A stretch of 64,000 nt of DNA from a virus (IMGVR_UViG_3300031784_000013:1-64000); one strand, 5' to 3'. Counted from the first letter of the stretch, positions 54,503 through 63,534 are shown. The notes: a model not told the origin generated them from the sequence alone. Translations and numbers: made by a program.

Positions 54503-57097
54503 TTATTTTTTATTGTTTTTTGACGCTCTATTGCTAGCATTTATTTTAGCCACTTCAACATCATTCTTCATGTTCTCTCTAGCAACATTTAGCTTTTCTT
54601 TTTCAAGTTGCATCTTCTGCATAGCCTGATTGTTTTTAGATTGAATATCTTGCATCTTTATTTGATATTCTTGAGCTGCTTTAGACTGCTGCATAGATAG
54701 ATTTGATATCTCTAATATGTCAGGAGTGCCTGATTGATCAGCATCTTGTGTTGCTGCCTCACCTCTAGCAGAAGCATTAATAAGAGCAATCTCTTTCTTA
54801 TTAATTCTATCAAGTTCTTGCTGATAGTTTTGATTAGCAAGTTCTTCTTGTTTCTGCTGTTGTTGTGCTTGTAGTTGAGCAGCTGCAATTTGTTGCTGTT
54901 GTTCAAGCTGTTGCTGTTGCATTTGCATCTGCTGATCCTGCATTTGCTGCTGACGATCTTTGAGAGTTTTGAATGTTTTCTTCATCTCTCTCATAGACTT
55001 AGTGGAATACAATTCTATTACATCATATAGTGTGCCACCATTCTGAATGACAGCCTGAGACAACTGACGCAATTCGTTGAACATTTGTGTATCTTCTGGT
55101 CTGTTTGTTACAAACACTTTCAAATCACGTAGTTTCAAATCATTACCATTCACTTGTATAAATGCAGATTCTCCTTCTGATGTAATGTATGATAGTGTAG
55201 ACATAGGCTTAGCACTCTCTACATATTGTGCAGCATCTACAATAGCCTGATATAACTGACCTAATACATACTCGTGTGCGATGAATAGAGGCTCTGTCTG
55301 GGCATATGACTGACTGACAGCTGTGTTGACACCTGTCGCAGATTCGCTCGCTTGTACGCTTCCTAAACGCTGTCTAGACATGCCTATAAGTTCCCAGCAT
55401 TCATTCTTAAGTTGTAATGCAAGGTTATATCTAGATTGGATTTCACTAGTTCTTGTAAGGTCTATGTTTCTTGCAATGGTGGTGTTAGACACAGCAGCTT
55501 TTGTGTTCTCTGGGCTGTCATCATCAAATATAATACCACGCTCTCTTGCTTCCATTTCCCATACATCTAGAGCATCCTGGTCATCACCATCTTTTAATCT
55601 AGGAACACGTCTAATGTTTACAGAAGCAACGTTACCAATTTCCTTTTCCAACAATTTGTACAATTGATTCATACAAATGTTATATAAAACTTGGAATGGC
55701 TTCATCAAATCCACTAATGACTTAGCTTCTGTGTTCTTCACCTCAAATGTTGTACCTATGATAGGACAATAGTTAAGGATTTTTAGAGGTTTGATGTGGT
55801 AGATGTCTGGACCAATTTTAGTTCCTTGATACCACTGGTTAATCCATCCCCATTCTAGAGAGATTTGTGTAGGTATGGTGCCTGATTTATAGTTTTCGTC
55901 TACAAGAACAGTTTGATCATTACCCATTTCGTCTACGTAGGATAATTTACCAATCTTTCTCTTAGAAATCCAATATGCTCTAACAACAACGTATTTGTAT
56001 CCAAATGAAGACACGTTAGATGTCAAGCCCAAGAAGTCTTTCAAGCCATCATTGTTCTCTTTCATTTCACTTTCAATCATCATTCTTGTCTGTAGGACAA
56101 GAGGATCGAATGTGTCGTATTGAATGGAATCAATGCCTGGTGTAGCATCAGGATTACCAAGATTGGATTCACGAACGTTAATAAGTCCGTAGTCTTGCAA
56201 TGAGCTTCGTAGGTGATCAATCTCTTCTTTAGTAAGATCAGGAATGCTCTCAATAATCTCTGACAATTCCATAACTTGCACAGTACCAGCAGCATACGCT
56301 CCTTGGTTTCTTCCTGTAGGATCAGAAATCCACTTTCTATCTGGTGTTGTTAAGAACCATGTGTTCTTTGGGTTGGCCACTTCTATGTTAAATCCAAGCT
56401 TGGAGTTGTCTTCATAGATGTGATAGAACTCTCTAGCAGAAATAAGCATGTCTCTGAATGCATCTTCACTCTTTTCTTTAAGATTGAATTCTGCTTTCTG
56501 ACATGTCAAAATGTGGTTGGCCCATTTCTCTGCTACAGATGTGTAAGAATCGAGTTGATCCTTCACCTGCTCCATTGTAATTTGTTCTAGCTGCTCTTCA
56601 TCAACTTCTTGACCCTGCATAGCTAGTTTCTCTAATATGCCCTGTCTTGCTTGAGAAATAATAAACTCTTGCAGAACATTTGTTTTGAATTGTAATTCTT
56701 CAGACTGGCTATCATCATCAAATGCCTTTACACGAAATGTATCTGGACGCTTAGATATTTCGCCTACAAGCTCATTGATTGGTGTCGTTACAATAGAATA
56801 ATGTTTTACATAAGCAGGAAGTCCTAGATCGCCTTGTAGTATTTCTGTAAATGATTTTACATCTGGCTCCTGATAAAAGTCCTCCATTCTCAGGATGCCT
56901 TTTACAAGGTCATAATTTTTAACAAACGTGTCACGATTCTTCATGTATTCCGCATATGATTTGTTTGCGAAATAATCCATCGTGTTTTTTACCCAACTCT
57001 CATCCTGCTTTTCTTTCTCCGTCTTAAATTGATCAGGAAAAATGTTAAGATAGGCATATCGTATGGTTGCGTCCTTTGTATATCTAATGATTGCCAT
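54503..57097 (-). CDS. Portal protein (864 aa) with Gln-rich barrel
   Basis: KHYSIVTTPINELVGEISKRP, SLVDLMKPFQVLYNI and GMSRQRLGSV motifs; poly-Gln coiled coil ~54850-54955; directly after terminase. Confidence 0.9.
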   Translation of the reverse strand: MAIIRYTKDATIRYAYLNIFPDQFKTEKEKQDESWVKNTMDYFANKSYAEYMKNRDTFVKNYDLVKGILRMEDFYQEPDVKSFTEILQGDLGLPAYVKHYSIVTTPINELVGEISKRPDTFRVKAFDDDSQSEELQFKTNVLQEFIISQARQGILEKLAMQGQEVDEEQLEQITMEQVKDQLDSYTSVAEKWANHILTCQKAEFNLKEKSEDAFRDMLISAREFYHIYEDNSKLGFNIEVANPKNTWFLTTPDRKWISDPTGRNQGAYAAGTVQVMELSEIIESIPDLTKEEIDHLRSSLQDYGLINVRESNLGNPDATPGIDSIQYDTFDPLVLQTRMMIESEMKENNDGLKDFLGLTSNVSSFGYKYVVVRAYWISKRKIGKLSYVDEMGNDQTVLVDENYKSGTIPTQISLEWGWINQWYQGTKIGPDIYHIKPLKILNYCPIIGTTFEVKNTEAKSLVDLMKPFQVLYNICMNQLYKLLEKEIGNVASVNIRRVPRLKDGDDQDALDVWEMEARERGIIFDDDSPENTKAAVSNTTIARNIDLTRTSEIQSRYNLALQLKNECWELIGMSRQRLGSVQASESATGVNTAVSQSYAQTEPLFIAHEYVLGQLYQAIVDAAQYVESAKPMSTLSYITSEGESAFIQVNGNDLKLRDLKVFVTNRPEDTQMFNELRQLSQAVIQNGGTLYDVIELYSTKSMREMKKTFKTLKDRQQQMQDQQMQMQQQQLEQQQQIAAAQLQAQQQQKQEELANQNYQQELDRINKKEIALINASARGEAATQDADQSGTPDILEISNLSMQQSKAAQEYQIKMQDIQSKNNQAMQKMQLEKEKLNVARENMKNDVEVAKINASNRASKNNKK

Positions 57098-59121
57098 TAT
57101 GAAAATAATTTATTTTTTCTCGTATTGAACATATTTCTAGAGCTGCTGAATAGCGTATTGCTCTTTAATTTCTTACTGTACAGCGACTTCACTCTATCAT
57201 CATTTGTTCCACCAATCTTTCCAAATATGGGGTCCATCTTAAGTGCCTGAGCTATAGCTAGTTCTGCTGCAATAATCCTATCGAAGTTGCCTTCATCATT
57301 ATACTGAATGATTTCTTCAAGCAACATGGGATCAAACATCTTGCTCACACCTGTAACTTCTTTAGTTACATTTCCTTGATCATCCTTCTCAGAATAAATA
57401 ACATCCTCCATGTATCTCTTTAGACATGTATGTAGGTAGTCAATTATTTTCTGGGCTGATCTGTGAATACCATACTCTCGTTTTACGGTAGTATTTGGAA
57501 CCACTTCTAACAACCATTGTGGTTGCTTCTCTAGATAATGAGCATCACCCTTACTCTTCATGTATTCGATGAAAGAAATATCATCATTTTCACAGAGAGC
57601 CCTAGCGTTGTAATATTTAATTAGTAATCTAGCCTGTTCTTCCCACGTTTCCTTCTTATCAGGTCTTGCACAATACGAAGCTACGAACATATCCTGATAT
57701 TTCTCACCAGTGAGATCATGCATTCTCTTGTAAATATACACAGAACCTAGTGAAGTTGAATACTTTGCCTGTCCTTGTCTGTAGGGGTCAACTCCTGCAA
57801 CATACAATCCATACGGAGGATTCTCTATAGGAAATTCATATATCACTACAGGAGCGTCTTTTGCATCTGTACTCTTGAGAGGAAAGTTTGAAATTGGCAT
57901 CTTGTCTGTGAACTCGTGCCCAATCTTTCCCTCGTCACTAAATAATATAACAGGTGTGCCAGTTCTTTCGTTCTGTAGCAGCCTGATTTTCTGCCTTTTA
58001 GCAGCTTCAATATCAAAGATGTTAGTGTCTTCGTTAAGAAATATGTCATCCACCTTCTGTGGATAATACATTTTTTCTTTCAAATAAGCAACTCTATCGC
58101 CAGCTTTCTTTAGTCTTTCTAGGTTTTCATTGGTGATTTTGTCAGCTTTCTCCTCATCAGACACTAGCATTTGCACATTGTGTAGATCACTAGTTTTTGG
58201 TGCATTGAGATAGCTTCCTAATGTACCAGGTTCTTTGGCTTCCATTCTGTATTTATTAGAAATGAATAAGCCATGCACACGCCTAGTGTCCTCCTCATTG
58301 TTGTATGTCAAGAAGTTGTAATTGTCAACATCAAACATCAATGACTTAGCATCCATGAATCTCTTCATGTCACCTCCTGTACCTGTAAGAATAGGAGAAC
58401 ATCCCCATCCAAACGGTGTTGTAAAGCCAGGAACAGCAGCCTGTAAGCCTCGTAAGAAAGAGCCCTTACCAATCTCGTCAATGATGAGCTTTCGTGGCTT
58501 TGTACCAGCAATAGCTTCTTCGTTATTGCCCTCATCAAGGTTACGTATTAAGATTTGTGAGAAGGGAATACGCTCTCCTCCCTTTGTCTTAATACCTAAC
58601 GTCACTTGATTCTTCCAGTTATCCTCTACACGTTGCCATCTAAAATACTCAGGAAGGAAGTTCAAGCCTTTGTCAAGCTTGTCTGTAATAAGCTTAATAT
58701 CTGGAGCATTCAAGCCAGCAATAACATTCTGAGAGTTCTCATCAAACGTAGCTCCCCACGCAATGTAACTAGCCTCAAGCACAGACTTAGCAAAACGTCT
58801 AATCCCCAAAATGACCAACCCACGCTTCTCAGCATGGGCTCTGTCTATTTCGTTTGTTACTAACCACTCATTGTCTCTTAGAGACGGATTGGCATATTGC
58901 TGGTAGATGCGTCCTCTATCATCCATAACATCCACTTCTGTATGCCATAGATTAAGGTGCCAATACAGGAACGGATTGATAAACACACCATCCATCATAA
59001 ACCCATCAAGACACAGCTTCTTATGAAACTCATAAAAAGGCTTGTATTCCTGTGAACTCTTGTCAGGAAGACGTGTCTGATTAATCAACCATTCACTATA
59101 TGCAACATTTTCTAAATTCAT
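57097..59121 (-). CDS. terL: Terminase large subunit (674 aa)
   Basis: GIRRFAKS (Walker A-like), LIIDEIGK (Walker B), TGTGG coupling motif, YVAGVDPY and GNFDRIIA RNase H-like nuclease motifs. Confidence 0.93.
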   Translation of the reverse strand: MNLENVAYSEWLINQTRLPDKSSQEYKPFYEFHKKLCLDGFMMDGVFINPFLYWHLNLWHTEVDVMDDRGRIYQQYANPSLRDNEWLVTNEIDRAHAEKRGLVILGIRRFAKSVLEASYIAWGATFDENSQNVIAGLNAPDIKLITDKLDKGLNFLPEYFRWQRVEDNWKNQVTLGIKTKGGERIPFSQILIRNLDEGNNEEAIAGTKPRKLIIDEIGKGSFLRGLQAAVPGFTTPFGWGCSPILTGTGGDMKRFMDAKSLMFDVDNYNFLTYNNEEDTRRVHGLFISNKYRMEAKEPGTLGSYLNAPKTSDLHNVQMLVSDEEKADKITNENLERLKKAGDRVAYLKEKMYYPQKVDDIFLNEDTNIFDIEAAKRQKIRLLQNERTGTPVILFSDEGKIGHEFTDKMPISNFPLKSTDAKDAPVVIYEFPIENPPYGLYVAGVDPYRQGQAKYSTSLGSVYIYKRMHDLTGEKYQDMFVASYCARPDKKETWEEQARLLIKYYNARALCENDDISFIEYMKSKGDAHYLEKQPQWLLEVVPNTTVKREYGIHRSAQKIIDYLHTCLKRYMEDVIYSEKDDQGNVTKEVTGVSKMFDPMLLEEIIQYNDEGNFDRIIAAELAIAQALKMDPIFGKIGGTNDDRVKSLYSKKLKSNTLFSSSRNMFNTRKNKLFS

Positions 59122-59450
59122 TTTCTACCCTTAAGAAAATCCTCAGCCATAGAGCCTAGATCTCCGTTACCACGTATTTCAATCTTTGATTCTTCCTTCT
59201 CTCTCAGCTTATCCACCACCTCAAGAAGAGCTAAATAGTTCTTCATGGTCTCTTGAATAAACTTACCCTGGCTCTCAATACTAGCAATCACCATAGGCAG
59301 CATTCCACCCTTAGCTGTAGGCTTCCATTCAATCCTATCCTTCAGCTCATGCATAGGATTAGCATCGACATATTGCTTCCAGCTAGAAAGCTGTTGCTCT
59401 GCCCAATCGAGCTCTGTATTAATGTATGTAGTTTTCTTTGGGGCTGCCAT
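59118..59450 (-). CDS. Putative terminase small subunit (110 aa)
   Basis: Helical, overlaps the terL start, ends in an EIRG-type tail; assignment is positional inference. Confidence 0.45.
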   Translation of the reverse strand: MAAPKKTTYINTELDWAEQQLSSWKQYVDANPMHELKDRIEWKPTAKGGMLPMVIASIESQGKFIQETMKNYLALLEVVDKLREKEESKIEIRGNGDLGSMAEDFLKGRK

Positions 59451-59644
59451 TAGGATAGAGTTACAATTCCCTGCGCAGCTGTTTTCAGCTCTAGCACACT
59501 CACTTGTATAGGGCCACTAAGTAGCTCCTGTATCTGCTTGTTAGCAATCTCCTTGGTCTTGTCATCAATACCAGGAGTGGCGCACAAGGCTGCCAATCTT
59601 TCAATCACGGACATTGATTCCTGTCCAATCATAGCTCTATTCAT
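59450..59644 (-). CDS. Hypothetical protein (64 aa)
   Basis: Overlaps both neighbours in the operon. Confidence 0.55.
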   Translation of the reverse strand: MNRAMIGQESMSVIERLAALCATPGIDDKTKEIANKQIQELLSGPIQVSVLELKTAAQGIVTLS

Positions 59645-59903
59645 CTATCAAATTGTTTATATCTTCATCAGAAAGTGGTGTTTGAGGCTCATCAGGAATG
59701 TCTTCTTCTTCTTCCTCAATGGGTTCCTCTGTCATGTATTCCTCTTGCACAATAATATTAATTGTGTCCTGGACATCATCTTGCATTCCCACTATATCTA
59801 CATAATCAGCACCAGCATCATATATATGTGTCAAGGTCTCGATGAGCAGTTGTAAGTTAATCTTACGAAACCTAATCTCTTTATTGTTCTGTCGCTTCGT
59901 CAT
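59637..59903 (-). CDS. Hypothetical acidic protein (88 aa)
   Basis: Operon packing; very acidic C-terminus. Confidence 0.6.
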   Translation of the reverse strand: MTKRQNNKEIRFRKINLQLLIETLTHIYDAGADYVDIVGMQDDVQDTINIIVQEEYMTEEPIEEEEEDIPDEPQTPLSDEDINNLIDE

Positions 59904-60168
59904 ATTCGTCTTCTTGTTCTCTTGTCATTACAGATGACCACTTGTTAATAGGACACGCACACGATAAGCATTTAGTTTTAGCAGAAAGCGTACATCCACA
60001 ATTTGTACAATGTGCATCAGGACGTATTGTTTTATGACGCTTAGAATGAAACTGACAATCGTCACAAATTGCTATTCTCTGTGCTGCCACCTGTTCTATC
60101 TGTGCCTTTAGTTTTTCTTCTGGAAACAGATTGTTTTTCCAACCTTCGTAAATCTGCGTTAAGCTCAT
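59881..60168 (-). CDS. Small Zn-finger protein (95 aa)
   Basis: RIAICDDC..CTNCGCTLSAKTKCLSCACPINKW, a common phage CxxC..CxxCGC..CP.xKW pattern. Confidence 0.75.
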   Translation of the reverse strand: MSLTQIYEGWKNNLFPEEKLKAQIEQVAAQRIAICDDCQFHSKRHKTIRPDAHCTNCGCTLSAKTKCLSCACPINKWSSVMTREQEDEYDEATEQ

Positions 60169-60508
60169 TTATTCTATTGATTAATATTTTACGTTTCAAA
60201 AGCATCTCATCTATCACGTCATTCCATTTCTGAACCTTTGTCTCACTATCAGAGGACGCAATCTTATTTCTAATAGCACGTATCTGAGCATCCATTGTGT
60301 CAAGCTTTTTCTGAGCTGCCTCATCACTCCACCTCAACGTGCCCCATCCAGAAATCTCCACTATCTTATGCTTCTGTGTAGCATTAATGACACTATCAAA
60401 CTGATGCTTAATCACCTCATCAACTATGGAGATGTCTATGTTGAGCTGCTTTGCCAATCGCTTGACAAACCAATCTCTATGAGACATCGAACTAAGCTTT
60501 TCCTCCAT
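60062..60508 (-). CDS. HU/IHF-like DNA-binding protein with coiled-coil extension (148 aa)
   Basis: LAKQLNIDISIVDEVIKHQF..VEISGWGTL resembles the HU fold. Confidence 0.6.
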   Translation of the reverse strand: MEEKLSSMSHRDWFVKRLAKQLNIDISIVDEVIKHQFDSVINATQKHKIVEISGWGTLRWSDEAAQKKLDTMDAQIRAIRNKIASSDSETKVQKWNDVIDEMLLKRKILINRINELNADLRRLEKQSVSRRKTKGTDRTGGSTENSNL

Positions 60509-60839
60509 GTAAAATCTTTATCTCTAACGAAATGTCATTTGAGAAATCCAACGATATCAACGGATTGACAACAATCTTCCCATCTTTCTTAAGCAAGAGG
60601 TTACGCTTCTTTAGTTTGCTTACCATGTTGTTCACTGTAGCTCCTGTTGTTTGGTAGGTGCTGCAAAACTTCTCTCTATTACTAGGAACAGAAATACTTC
60701 CAGAAACAGCAATGAACGACATCAACTGCACCTCTCTATCTGTAAGCTCCAAATCATTCAATGCAGAAAGAACAGAATAATATCTGTATGACACAGAGGT
60801 GTCATTGTCAAGCTCCTTCTTTAGTCGTTGTACAATCAT
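60492..60839 (-). CDS. Winged-HTH protein (115 aa), first gene of the late/structural operon
   Basis: LTDREVQLMSFI...TTGATVNNMVSKLKKRNLLLK..IVVNP. Confidence 0.65.
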   Translation of the reverse strand: MIVQRLKKELDNDTSVSYRYYSVLSALNDLELTDREVQLMSFIAVSGSISVPSNREKFCSTYQTTGATVNNMVSKLKKRNLLLKKDGKIVVNPLISLDFSNDISLEIKILHGGKA

Positions 60840-60856
60840 TTCCTTATTGGTTTAAA

Positions 60857-60889
60857 CAAATATAAAACATCCTCCGTGAAAATAACAAA
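60857..60889 (-). promoter_or_regulatory. Bacteroidota primary-sigma promoter (-33 TTTG / -7 TATATTTG) for the structural operon
   Basis: Minus strand TTTG (60889-60886), 21-nt spacer, TATATTTG (60864-60857), then ATG 17 nt later. Confidence 0.65.
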
Positions 60890-61084
60890 TTTTATTATTT
60901 CTGTTTTTCAATGAGCACCCCGCACTATGTGGTGATTGGGAAGAAGCCCCCCACCAAAATTTTCAAAATTTGGAAAACTATTGTGTCAATGGGGGAGGAG
61001 GTTACTTCCAATAGCAACCCCACGCAAAAATTGAGGGAGTCGAGTGGCTCCCCGTCATGCCAATACACCTAAATCAAAACACAC

Positions 61085-61495
61085 GTGGCACTACAATTTA
61101 AAGTTTATGAACCATCCACTAAGTTGGAATCTCAAGGAACGGTTAATGAAATTATCCCTGGCGGGAAATTGAAATTTGTTCCTGGAACGATTGACCGTTA
61201 TAACAACGGTGAGATCAAATCAATGAACATGATCCTCATTGACGAGGACGGTGCTAGCGCAACCTGTCCTCTTTCAAAGAGAGTTAGTAAAACCATCAAG
61301 AAGGCTCTTGACTCTGGTTCTACTAAAGAGGAAGTTGCCTCTGTTATCTTTAACTTAGAAATTGTTGAAGATGAAGATGGCAGATTGTTCATTGTAGCAC
61401 CTCGTGGATCTTCTGGCGAAGAGCAAGAATTCTCTTTCTCTCAACTAAAGAAGAGCAACGTTAAGAAAACGTACGAAGATCTAGTGGCTTTTTAA
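61085..61495 (+). CDS. Hypothetical protein (136 aa) at the strand switch; possible OB-fold/ssDNA-binding protein
   Basis: GTG start after an A/C-rich leader; beta-rich; has its own terminator. Function is positional inference only. Confidence 0.7.
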   Translation: MALQFKVYEPSTKLESQGTVNEIIPGGKLKFVPGTIDRYNNGEIKSMNMILIDEDGASATCPLSKRVSKTIKKALDSGSTKEEVASVIFNLEIVEDEDGRLFIVAPRGSSGEEQEFSFSQLKKSNVKKTYEDLVAF

Positions 61496-61511
61496 GCCAC
61501 TATTTCTTCTT
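61482..61511 (+). terminator. Terminator overlapping the stop codon
   Basis: tagtggctt-ttt-aagccacta followed by tttcttctt. Confidence 0.7.
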
Positions 61512-62180
61512 ATGTACAGGGTGGGAGTGTAAACCTTTGGGTGGGCTAGTTACACAGAGATGTATCTGTGCAAATCAGACATATATAGACAAATACAATG
61601 ATGGGTACTACGAGGCCAAGCATGTGGTAATGCGTTGTATTATATATGGTGTGATCTGTGTAACTAATCCATTCTTAGTAAAATACAATGGTTTTGCAGT
61701 AATGTACAAATAAATAAAGTTTTCCTCGAGGAAATAGAAACTTTGTGTTGCACTTTGTCAAGAAATAGTTGTGAGTATTAGAGTAGGAGTGTCAGTGTAC
61801 ACGTGTATAAGGGTGTAATTCATGGTGATGGATTTCATTCTTTAGACATGTCGTATAGCATTAATTAACAAAAAGCACACAAAAAAGCCACACTACTGGT
61901 TCAAATGTGAGAGTAGTATAGATTGAGTTCTTTGTAACGTATGTCTGGCTCACATTTATCTTAAATGTAATTAGATTGTAAGCGAGGGAAATATGCAGTC
62001 TCAGTGATGAGAGTTAGTCCATGCCATGTGGAGTGCAAAAATATCAGGTTGGAACTTACAAATAATTACATAGGGTAATTGTAACAAGAACAAGCAGGGA
62101 ATATTACAGAACGTATGCTGTAATCGAAACCATTGGAGAACACCTACCTGCAAATGGGTGCCACTTGTTACAATTTATTT
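61510..62180 (+). ncRNA. Candidate structured non-coding RNA(s) or ssDNA hairpin array
   Basis: About 700 bp with no long ORF but with perfect stems of 12 bp (61547-58/61655-66), 9 bp (61903-11/61949-57), 9+7 bp (61965-82/62055-71) and 12 bp (62077-88/62164-75), plus nested helices. Confidence 0.5.
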
Positions 62181-62208
62181 TATTCATTCATTTTAAACGC
62201 ACACGAAC

Positions 62209-62331
62209 ATGATTACATTATGTGTAATGCCCAATTTCAAGGGCACAAGAAAAGAGACATTGCAAGCATTGGTTGTATGTGTCCTAATTGACAGTATGTA
62301 TTGTTTTCCATTCATTTACCATTATCTCTAA
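62209..62331 (+). CDS. Unannotated 40-aa hydrophobic peptide
   Basis: MITLCVMPNFKGTRKETLQALVVCVLIDSMYCFPFIYHYL*; leader aaacgcacacgaac resembles those of 61085 and 62812; stop lies 4 nt before the next ATG. Confidence 0.45.
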   Translation: MITLCVMPNFKGTRKETLQALVVCVLIDSMYCFPFIYHYL

Positions 62332-62335
62332 GGCT

Positions 62336-62815
62336 ATGTTGAAATCAATTTTAACTTTCTTATTTCCTAAGACTATTGCTTCCATTAAGCAGGATACTAT
62401 GAATGAGTATTGGGCTGATGAAGATAGACGTTACTTCGAATCAAATGAAGAACGATGGAAAGAAATAGATGACTACGAAGAAATGATGCGTATTGAATCT
62501 GAACAAGAATTAGAATCATATGTGAAAACATTTGATGACTTGTCCTTTGAGACGATGAATGAAGACATTAAATGGATTCGTGCATATATGAAGTTTTACA
62601 ATGGATATGGTGTATCTGTTGTTCAAGGACCGCATAGTTATGGTGGACAGAGAGGTTTATATGAACTTGCTGTCTTAGATAGTGATGGTGAGATAACTTA
62701 TGGTACACATATAACAGATGATGTATTAGGCTTTCTCACACCTGACGATGTAACACGTCACATGATTGAAATTCAAGAATTACCAATTATAAAAACAAAC
62801 ACACAAACAAAATGA
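62336..62815 (+). CDS. Early hypothetical protein (~159 aa) with a widespread phage domain
   Basis: Likely start ATG 62336; FYNGYGVSVV..SYGG..GLYELAVL..ITDDVLGFLT motif. Confidence 0.75.
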   Translation: MLKSILTFLFPKTIASIKQDTMNEYWADEDRRYFESNEERWKEIDDYEEMMRIESEQELESYVKTFDDLSFETMNEDIKWIRAYMKFYNGYGVSVVQGPHSYGGQRGLYELAVLDSDGEITYGTHITDDVLGFLTPDDVTRHMIEIQELPIIKTNTQTK

Positions 62816-63117
62816 ATACACTAAAATTAGCTAGAGTGATCGCAGGTGGAACCGCTATCCTCGCAGGATTAGGAGTGATAGGTATGTTGATATTTGCTGG
62901 TGAAGCAATGGAGATGGGTCTTAATGATTACAATCTCCTTGGTTCTCTGTTTATATTCTTCATGGCAACATTGTATACACTCGCTGTTGATGCAGAGATC
63001 AGTAAAAGAAGCACTGATTCAGAAGCAATGCAGAAAGTTCATCAAACAACTCTCAATCAGTGTATCTGGATGATGGTTGCATTGTTGTTATTGTCAATTC
63101 CTTGTCTGTTTCTATGA
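62812..63117 (+). CDS. Small membrane protein (101 aa, ~3 TM segments)
   Basis: Three hydrophobic stretches; ATGA overlaps with both neighbours. Confidence 0.7.
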   Translation: MNTLKLARVIAGGTAILAGLGVIGMLIFAGEAMEMGLNDYNLLGSLFIFFMATLYTLAVDAEISKRSTDSEAMQKVHQTTLNQCIWMMVALLLLSIPCLFL

Positions 63118-63323
63118 AATGGGCAAGGACTTGTTCCGTAACAGGTGAAGGAATGAATGAGGGGTGGGTTGGTAATGACGGATGTGTGTATTTCAAATAT
63201 GGACATGACGCTTTACAATGGTGCATAGATCGTGGATATAGAGATATTGACGATGCGTATGCTGATGATGTTATTTATTGGACAGATTGGACAGAATGGG
63301 AGGATGACGAAGATGATAGTTGA
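63114..63323 (+). CDS. Early hypothetical protein (69 aa, acidic)
   Basis: Likely start MKWARTCSVTGEGMNEGW at 63114 (ATGA overlap); ends YWTDWTEWEDDEDDS. Confidence 0.7.
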   Translation: MKWARTCSVTGEGMNEGWVGNDGCVYFKYGHDALQWCIDRGYRDIDDAYADDVIYWTDWTEWEDDEDDS

Positions 63324-63534
63324 AAGAAAGAGTATTGTCAGTGGTAAGGTGAACAAGATGGACATCAACATCACGCCAGAACAACTATTCAACTTCATAA
63401 GTGGTAGATCAGGACTTGCTCAAGAAGCATTTCCTGATTTATCTCTTGATGAGCGTGAGTTCATTATATCTGGTATTCATCCAACAGAATGGGAACAATT
63501 ATTTGGTAACGAAGATGAAAAAGAAAATAAGTAA
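63313..63534 (+). CDS. Early hypothetical protein (73 aa)
   Basis: Likely start MIVERKSIVSGK at 63313; QEAFPDLSLDEREFIISGIHPTEW is a recurring phage motif. Confidence 0.75.
   Translation: MIVERKSIVSGKVNKMDINITPEQLFNFISGRSGLAQEAFPDLSLDEREFIISGIHPTEWEQLFGNEDEKENK

Noticed and set aside
54850-54955. Poly-Gln tract in the portal as a novelty
   Set aside because: Gln-rich C-terminal barrels are ordinary in podovirus and crAss-like portals.
9246-59121. Introns, inteins or homing endonucleases in vRNAP, MCP or terminase
   Set aside because: The ORFs are continuous, with no intein splice motifs (the RNAP has no internal Cys) and no LAGLIDADG/HNH-like ORFs seen.
61890-61960. preQ1-I riboswitch or pistol ribozyme identity for the pseudoknot
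   Set aside because: The topology is loosely similar, but I could not find the diagnostic conserved nucleotides or the A-rich tail, so it is left as an unassigned structure.
60840-62210. tRNA genes in the non-coding regions
   Set aside because: No cloverleaf with a properly placed T-arm and acceptor stem; the single ggttcaa (61898) lacks tRNA context.
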